Assembly: GCA_964276235.1 (NCBI GenBank)
Contig: CAXYEK010000004.1
Coordinates: 5,228 to 69,227, forward strand
Direction: 5' to 3'
Length of the DNA: 64,000 bases
Origin: an uncultured SAR86 cluster bacterium
GTDB lineage: Bacteria; Pseudomonadota; Gammaproteobacteria; Magnimaribacterales; D2472
The translations under genes were made by a program, and so were the position numbers. Under the pieces are notes generated by a model. The model saw nothing but the letters and a program-made list of their open reading frames with translations, was not told where the DNA came from and ran no database searches. Below are positions 58,507 through 64,000 of the stretch, piece by piece (positions within the stretch are counted from its first letter, which is position 1; each line of letters starts with the position of its first letter).

Positions 58507-59099
58507 AAAATCTTTTGAACATGTTCAAGAATATTTTTATGTATTACATCGATCGATTCATTTGCTTTTAAAACTTTAACTCTTTCAGAGTCAGATTGAG
58601 CAATTGAAAGATATCCAGATCTAACTTTTTCAAAAAATTCATTACCTGAAGATTCAATTCTATCCTTTACATCATGAATTTTTCTATTAAAGCCCTCTTC
58701 AACACTTATATCTAAAAGAAATGTAATTACCGGCTTTGGGCATTTTGTAAAAGAAATAAGATCATAGATCAGATCAAGAGAAAGTCCTCTGCCGTATCCT
58801 TGGTAAGCTATAGATGCATCATAAAATCTATCAAATAAAATGAAGTCTATATCTGAATTAGAAACTTTATTGTTAATAAGCTGGGCTCTAGCAGCAAACA
58901 TTAATAATAGCTCAGATTCATAAGACAGCTCTTCTGGTGAATTCAATAAAATATCTCTAATCATTTCACCTGTAATTGTTGAGCCAGGTTCTCTAAAAAC
59001 TTCAGTTCTGTATCCTTGAGAAATTAAATAAGTATTTAGTAAGTCTATTTGCGTAGACTTCCCAACCCCTTCAATTCCTTCGAAACTAATTATTTTCAT
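58503..59099 (-). CDS. tmk: Thymidylate kinase
   Basis: 198 aa. FEGIEGVGKSTQ P-loop, DRFYDASIAYQG. Confidence 0.95.
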   Translation of the reverse strand: MKIISFEGIEGVGKSTQIDLLNTYLISQGYRTEVFREPGSTITGEMIRDILLNSPEELSYESELLLMFAARAQLINNKVSNSDIDFILFDRFYDASIAYQGYGRGLSLDLIYDLISFTKCPKPVITFLLDISVEEGFNRKIHDVKDRIESSGNEFFEKVRSGYLSIAQSDSERVKVLKANESIDVIHKNILEHVQKIL

Positions 59100-60070
59100 T
59101 TATTCAGCCCTAATTCCTCTATCTTTGATACATGTTCTTTATAGGTCTTGGAAAAGTGATGTGAGTATTTTGTGTCAGCAACAAAAAATAAATAATCACC
59201 TGGCGCGCTGTTAATTGCAGCCTCAATAGAAGTAAGTGATGGAACTGAAATCGGTGAAGGTGGTAGTCCTGAAATCATATATGTATTGTATAAATTTTCT
59301 TTATCAAGAATATCAGATTTTTTTATATCTCCATCAAAATTTGGCAATAAACCATAAATTATTGTTGGATCAGCTTGAAGTCTCATGCCTAATTTTATTC
59401 TTTTTAAAAAGACACTAGCGATTTGTGGTTTTTCTTTATTATTTCCAGCTTCCTTTTCTATTATAGACGCGAGAATGAGTGCTTCATATTTTGTTTTTAA
59501 AGGATTGTTAGAATTTTTATTCATCCATAAATTGTCTAGAATTGATATTTGCGTATTATGACTTTTATTAAGAAGTGAGGATGCTTTCATATTCCATTTA
59601 TAAAAATATGTATTAGGAAATAATATTCCTTCTTTATAAGTAAATTCTGAATTTATACATTTCAATAAATGGCAATCATTAATTAATCCACTCTCTTCTA
59701 TCTGATTTTGTAATTCGTATAAATTAGTACCTTCTTTAATAATAAATATATTGTTTTTTGTATCTCCTTTACTAAAAGCAATAAAGTTTTCTTGTAAATT
59801 ATTAAAAAGTTCATACTCCCCTGCTTGAAAGGAATCTATGGCATTTATTTTTAAAAATATATTAAATAGTAATTTTTTTGAGGAGGTTTGATCGGTCAAT
59901 CTATTTAAAACATTGGTGAGCGATTCCCCATCATTTATATAAAAGTTTTTATCTGAATGAGTAGGAGGTAATTTTATAAAAAGACTATAACTTAAAGAAG
60001 TAACTAAAATTATTAAAGCTATACAACATAGCAATAATTTAAAAATATTTTTTTTTGAAATTGTCTTCAT
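59096..60070 (-). CDS. mltG: Endolytic murein transglycosylase MltG (YceG)
   Basis: 324 aa with an N-terminal TM helix, ASIIEKE catalytic Glu context and LQADPTIIYG. Confidence 0.9.
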   Translation of the reverse strand: MKTISKKNIFKLLLCCIALIILVTSLSYSLFIKLPPTHSDKNFYINDGESLTNVLNRLTDQTSSKKLLFNIFLKINAIDSFQAGEYELFNNLQENFIAFSKGDTKNNIFIIKEGTNLYELQNQIEESGLINDCHLLKCINSEFTYKEGILFPNTYFYKWNMKASSLLNKSHNTQISILDNLWMNKNSNNPLKTKYEALILASIIEKEAGNNKEKPQIASVFLKRIKLGMRLQADPTIIYGLLPNFDGDIKKSDILDKENLYNTYMISGLPPSPISVPSLTSIEAAINSAPGDYLFFVADTKYSHHFSKTYKEHVSKIEELGLNK

Positions 60071-60143
60071 TAGTTAATTAATTTTAATACAGAATCCAGG
60101 AATCTAATATATAGAGTTCTGGATTTTGTATTTAAATCGAAAT

Positions 60144-60160
60144 GCTTAAATAATTTAAGC
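60144..60160 (-). terminator. Hairpin downstream of acpP (possible terminator/attenuator)
   Basis: Perfect 17-nt palindrome GCTTAAAT-A-ATTTAAGC, 29 nt after the acpP stop. On the minus strand it is followed by ATTTCGATTT, a weak U-tract. Confidence 0.3.
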
Positions 60161-60188
60161 TAGGTACTTGATAATAAAAAGAATTTTA

Positions 60189-60419
60189 CTAAGAATTTGA
60201 ATTTATGTATGTTACCGCATCATTAACAGTTGAGATTTTTTCAGCATCTTCATCTGCAATTTCAAGATCAAATTCCTCTTCAAGCGCCATTACTAATTCA
60301 ACAGTATCAAGTGAATCTGCACCAAGATCGTCTACAAATGATGAATCGATTTCGATTTCATCCATCGATGTTCCAAGCTGATCACTAACTATTTTTTTTA
60401 CTCTGTCTTCAACACTCAT
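60189..60419 (-). CDS. acpP: Acyl carrier protein
   Basis: 76 aa with phosphopantetheine site [20 protein letters not shown]. Confidence 0.97.
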   Translation of the reverse strand: MSVEDRVKKIVSDQLGTSMDEIEIDSSFVDDLGADSLDTVELVMALEEEFDLEIADEDAEKISTVNDAVTYINSNS

Positions 60420-60479
60420 ATTAACTCCCTATTGAAAAGAGACACATTTTACATCTAATATCAAAAAGTTGCACATTTA

Positions 60480-61196
60480 TTAATACATGTAGAGGCCGCC
60501 ATCAACAGAAATTGTTTGCCCTGTTATGTATGCAGCTTCATTACTAGCTAGAAAAGCTACTATTTCAGATATATCTTTTGGTGAACCAAGCCTATTTAGT
60601 GGTATGCCTCTTATAATTTCATCTTTTGAATTTTTATCTAAATATGAAGTCATATCAGTTTCAATAAAACCAGGTGCTACTGAATTAACAGTAATGCCTC
60701 TTGAGCCAACTTCTTTTGCTAAAGATTTAGTAAATCCACTTAAGCCTGCTTTAGCAGAAGAGTAGTTTACTTGACCTGGATTACCCATTAACCCAGATAC
60801 TGATGAAATATTAATAATTCTTCCATTTTTTTTCTTAATCATATTTTTAAGAAATGCTTTAGTTAGATTAAAGGTTCCAGTTAAGTTTGTAGCAATAACA
60901 TTATCCCAGTCCTCATCTTTCATCCTAAGAAAAATTTGATCCGCGGTAATTCCTGCATTATTAATTAAAACACTAGGCATTAAATCTTTTTCTTTTAAGA
61001 AGGCTTGGCAAGCACTAATAGAGTCTCTGCAAGTTATATCCAATTTTAGTGGAATTAAATTTTCAGCACTATTTTCAAATTCAAAATCATTTCTTGATGT
61101 ACCTATGACGGTATGGCCTAAATTAGAAAAATGATAGGCTATTGACGTGCCAATTCCACGCGATGCTCCAGATATAAATACTATTTCTTTGCTCAT
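60480..61196 (-). CDS. fabG: 3-oxoacyl-ACP reductase FabG
   Basis: 238 aa. SGASRGIG, NNAGI and YSSAKAG. Lies between fabD and acpP. Confidence 0.92.
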   Translation of the reverse strand: MSKEIVFISGASRGIGTSIAYHFSNLGHTVIGTSRNDFEFENSAENLIPLKLDITCRDSISACQAFLKEKDLMPSVLINNAGITADQIFLRMKDEDWDNVIATNLTGTFNLTKAFLKNMIKKKNGRIINISSVSGLMGNPGQVNYSSAKAGLSGFTKSLAKEVGSRGITVNSVAPGFIETDMTSYLDKNSKDEIIRGIPLNRLGSPKDISEIVAFLASNEAAYITGQTISVDGGLYMY

Positions 61197-62113
61197 ATAA
61201 TTTTTTTAAAATCTTCTTTAAAAGTTTTAGAGGACATTGATAATATATTATCTAAACCGTTTGCTTTAGCAAGTCCAGATAAAACCTTTCCTGGACCACA
61301 TTCCACAACAATCCCATCAAACTTTTTAATAATCTCCATAGATTTTGACCACTGAACTGGTGATGTAAGCTGGGAAATCAGTTTTTGAGGTATGGCATTA
61401 GGATCATGTTCAATCAAAGCGTCAAAATTATGAATTATAGGAAAGGCAGGCGTTGAAAAAGAATAACCAGTTAACTCTTTAGCTAAAGATTCTGATGCAG
61501 TTCTCATAAGTTCGCAGTGTGATGCTACGCTTACACTTAATTTAATGGCTCGTTTTGCTCCATTACTTAAACACTCCTCAGCAGCAATTGATGCGGCGCT
61601 ATCTGTACCGGCAATTACAACCTGTTTAATAGAGTTAATATTTGCAGGTGAAACAGTATCACCAGTATCTTTTTCAACCTTCAAGCATATTTCTTTAATT
61701 GTTTTAATATCTAAATTTAAAATTGCAAACATTGATCCTTTTGAACAAGCTTCCATTAAATTACCGCGTTTATTAACGAGCTCTAGTCCCTTTTTTAAAG
61801 TGATGCTTTCAGATGCTACTAAAGCAGAATATTCACCCAAAGAATGTCCTGCACATAAATCAGGCTTTTTATTTGTAATTGCTAAGAATTTTTCGTAAAA
61901 AATAATAGATGTAGCAAGAATAGCAGGCTGAGTGATAGAGGTTTTGTTAAGTAATTCTTCAGGTCCATTTCTAGCAACCTCAAATAAGTCAAAATCGAAT
62001 AAGTCTTTTGAGATGGCTAAAGTATTATTTTTTTCAGTTGTTGTGAATGCATCGAGCATTCCAATAGATTGTGAGCCTTGACCAGGAAAAAGTAAGCTTA
62101 TATGCCTCGGCAT
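61193..62113 (-). CDS. fabD: Malonyl-CoA:ACP transacylase FabD
   Basis: 306 aa. FPGQGSQ, active site GHSLGEYSAL. Confidence 0.93.
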   Translation of the reverse strand: MPRHISLLFPGQGSQSIGMLDAFTTTEKNNTLAISKDLFDFDLFEVARNGPEELLNKTSITQPAILATSIIFYEKFLAITNKKPDLCAGHSLGEYSALVASESITLKKGLELVNKRGNLMEACSKGSMFAILNLDIKTIKEICLKVEKDTGDTVSPANINSIKQVVIAGTDSAASIAAEECLSNGAKRAIKLSVSVASHCELMRTASESLAKELTGYSFSTPAFPIIHNFDALIEHDPNAIPQKLISQLTSPVQWSKSMEIIKKFDGIVVECGPGKVLSGLAKANGLDNILSMSSKTFKEDFKKII

Positions 62114-62116
62114 TAC

Positions 62117-62326
62117 TTAAGCTGAAGTTTCTTCAGCTTCTACTTTTTCAACCTTTCTTAAATCTTTTACTAACCTACCTTTATAAAAACCATCTTTAGT
62201 CATTTGATGACGTGCATGCTTTTCACCAGATACTGGATCAATAGATAATGTCGAAGCCTTAAGAGAGTCATGAGATCTTCTTTGACCTCTTCTAGATCTT
62301 GTAACTTTACTTTTTTGAACTGCCAT
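62117..62326 (-). CDS. rpmF: 50S ribosomal protein L32
   Basis: [22 protein letters not shown] is the canonical L32 N-terminus. 69 aa with an acidic tail. Confidence 0.93.
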   Translation of the reverse strand: MAVQKSKVTRSRRGQRRSHDSLKASTLSIDPVSGEKHARHQMTKDGFYKGRLVKDLRKVEKVEAEETSA

Positions 62327-62382
62327 AGTTTGCCCTTAAAAAAAACGTATCCTATCAAAATTATACAATGATTGATATATTT

Positions 62383-63300
62383 TTAGCTTAATAGTTCTAT
62401 TAAGCTTTTGAAGGAGCTATCAGGCTCAGCCTTAACTTTAATAGTTTTATTGTTCTGATCTTTAAATTCAATTATCTGAGAATGTAAGCCCATTCTTTTG
62501 TTTTTCTTCAAGATATCTTTTTTATTAAATTCCCTATCCCCATATTTATCATCGTTTACTACTGGATGTCCTATTTCTTGGCCTTGAAGTCTGATTTGAT
62601 GTGTTCTACCAGTCGATATTTCAACCTCCACTAATGAAGCCGCGTTTAATTTAGAAATTGGTCTAAATATTGAATTTGCCTTTTTTCCAGTTTCAGATAT
62701 AAAAGATTTTGTTTGTGTGTCAAATGATTTTTCAATAGATGAGTTAACTTTTAATGTTTTACTTAAATGACCTTTAACAATAGCCAAATACTTCTTTTTT
62801 ACATTCTTATTGACGATGCTTTCATTAAAATGTCTATTAGATTTCTTATTTTTAGATAAAACTAAACACCCAGATGTTTCTTTATCTATTCTATGACAAA
62901 GATCAATATTATTATCATACAAGGATCTCATTACAGAAATAACACCAACAAAACTTTTAGTTCCACCGTGAACTGCTATACCATGCGGTTTATTAAGAAT
63001 AATATAATTTTGATCTTCAAAGATAATTTGATTTTTCAATTCATTAATTAATTTAGATGATGCTTGCGGCTCATGTCTATCTATAGTTGGTTCTGAATCT
63101 AGATAAGGCGGAATTCGAATTATATCTCCTAATTCAATTTTTCTATGAGGCTTTACCCTTCCAGAGTTAATCCTTACCTCTCCTTTTCTAATTATGTTAT
63201 ATATTTTAGATTTTGGTACATTCTTGTAAACAGAAAGTAGAAAATTATCTAATCTTCTTCCACTATTATCATCATCGACTTCTATTTTTTTGACAGGCAT
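62383..63300 (-). CDS. rluC: 23S rRNA pseudouridine synthase RluC (RluA family)
   Basis: 305 aa with an S4 domain (RLDNFL..), catalytic HRIDKETSG and TGRTHQIR. Divergent from rne as in E. coli. Confidence 0.85.
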   Translation of the reverse strand: MPVKKIEVDDDNSGRRLDNFLLSVYKNVPKSKIYNIIRKGEVRINSGRVKPHRKIELGDIIRIPPYLDSEPTIDRHEPQASSKLINELKNQIIFEDQNYIILNKPHGIAVHGGTKSFVGVISVMRSLYDNNIDLCHRIDKETSGCLVLSKNKKSNRHFNESIVNKNVKKKYLAIVKGHLSKTLKVNSSIEKSFDTQTKSFISETGKKANSIFRPISKLNAASLVEVEISTGRTHQIRLQGQEIGHPVVNDDKYGDREFNKKDILKKNKRMGLHSQIIEFKDQNNKTIKVKAEPDSSFKSLIELLS

Positions 63301-63493
63301 GTGACAAATCTATAGGATATACACACAAATAACTAGATAAACTAGTTAAAAAAATTAAAAGTAAGATAAATACAACAGTTTTTTTTACAACTCTTAAAAG
63401 AGTTAATCAGGTAAGCGGAATACGTAAGACTTGCTGATAGAAGCTTAAACAAGCACACTGCTGACTTATCTTCCTATACTTAGGGAGAATAAA

Positions 63494-64000
63494 ATGAAAA
63501 GAATTCTAATTAATTCATCGTATGGTGATGAACTTCGTGTTGCTCTAGTTGATGGAGCAAAGCTATACGACTTTGATACAGAGTCTCCTGATAAAGTTTT
63601 ACTTAAAGGAAGTATTTTTAAGGCTACAGTATCTAGAATAGAATCTAGCCTAGATGCAGCATTCATAAATTTTGGGTCTGAAAGACATGGGTTTCTTCCT
63701 CTTAAAGACTTATCTAATGAATTTTATAAGAAAAATTCAGAGGGTAAAAATACTTGTACTTTAAAGGAAGGCCAAGAAATAATTGTTCAAGTAACAAAAG
63801 AGGAAAGAGGCACAAAGGGTGCTGCTTTAACTACTCAAATTGGTTTAGCAGGCAGATTTATTGTTTTAATTCCAAATTCATCAAGATCTGGTGGAATATC
63901 AAGAAGAATCAGTGGGGAAGAACGAGATCAAATAAAAGATGCTTTGGATTCATTGGACATACCTGAGAGTATGAGCGCAATAGTAAGAACTAATGGCCTA
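63494..64000 (+). CDS. rne: Ribonuclease E, N-terminal 169 codons (3' end beyond window)
   Basis: Not in the ORF track (no stop in window). My translation is MKRILINSSYGDELRVALVDGAKLYDFDTESPDKVLLKGSIFKATVSRIESSLDAAFINFGSERHGFLPLKD.., the RNase E/G S1-domain start. SD GGGAG at 63483-63487. Confidence 0.9.
   Translation, partial: MKRILINSSYGDELRVALVDGAKLYDFDTESPDKVLLKGSIFKATVSRIESSLDAAFINFGSERHGFLPLKDLSNEFYKKNSEGKNTCTLKEGQEIIVQVTKEERGTKGAALTTQIGLAGRFIVLIPNSSRSGGISRRISGEERDQIKDALDSLDIPESMSAIVRTNGL

Noticed and set aside
990-63966. About 35 short ORFs (60-145 aa) in the supplied track that lie antisense to, or out of frame within, long conserved CDSs. Examples: 990..1178, 4365..4649, 10723..10974, 16811..16999, 21335..21565, 34883..35320, 37976..38185, 44157..44468, 49908..50117, 54303..54791, 57137..57409, 61545..61898, 63466..63666, 63754..63966.
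   Set aside because: Each is fully nested in a gene with strong family motifs on the other strand or frame. They have low-complexity or Leu/Ile/Ser/Phe-rich composition typical of AT-rich noise, no RBS or promoter space, and no recognisable motif.
1-64000. Searched for CRISPR arrays, tRNA/rRNA/tmRNA genes, transposases, integrases, phage genes, toxin-antitoxin pairs and known defence-system signatures
   Set aside because: No regularly spaced repeats and no non-coding gap long enough (the largest are ~200 nt) or structured enough for an RNA gene. Every ORF over 150 aa has a metabolic, housekeeping or transport assignment or is a single unknown secreted or membrane protein. I see no mobile or defence island here.

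Overview
AT-rich (by eye roughly one-third G+C), tightly packed chromosomal segment. Gene content and order suggest a streamlined marine gammaproteobacterium; this lineage call is an inference, not a database hit. About 45 kb (19-64 kb) is housekeeping: infA, clpS-clpA, icd, mnmA, purB, aceA, the full Na+-NQR locus nqrABCDEF-apbE-nqrM, a long-form GAPDH, mfd, nfuA, trmA, a compact his operon, holB-tmk-mltG-acpP-fabG-fabD-rpmF, rluC and the 5' end of rne. I found no rRNA, tRNA, CRISPR, transposase, integrase, phage or recognisable defence genes. The left ~19 kb looks accessory: an M14 peptidase, Tat-PhoD, an unknown secreted protein, a haloalkane dehalogenase and a ~12 kb catabolic cluster. The best candidate for something undescribed is that cluster (about 7.7-19.1 kb). 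The palindrome CTAGTCA-NN-TGACTAG occurs in both of its divergent promoter gaps, tying four transcription units to the single TetR gene inside it. The enzyme set (exported sulfatase, FAD aromatic hydroxylase, type I extradiol dioxygenase, GST, HadB/RutE nitroreductase, FAH hydrolase, acylating semialdehyde dehydrogenase, Asp-nucleophile hydrolase, biotin-less carboxyltransferase) suggests catabolism of a sulfated and/or halogenated phenolic. Other notable points: a dif-like XerC/D site at 3017-3044; a TrpR/YerC-like gene with an upstream palindrome as first gene of the his operon; an in-frame hisD-hisB(IGPD) fusion; a frameshifted hisH; two conserved small ORFs below the ORF-track cutoff (nqrM and a DUF2970-like gene); and a trimmed rpmF-fab cluster.
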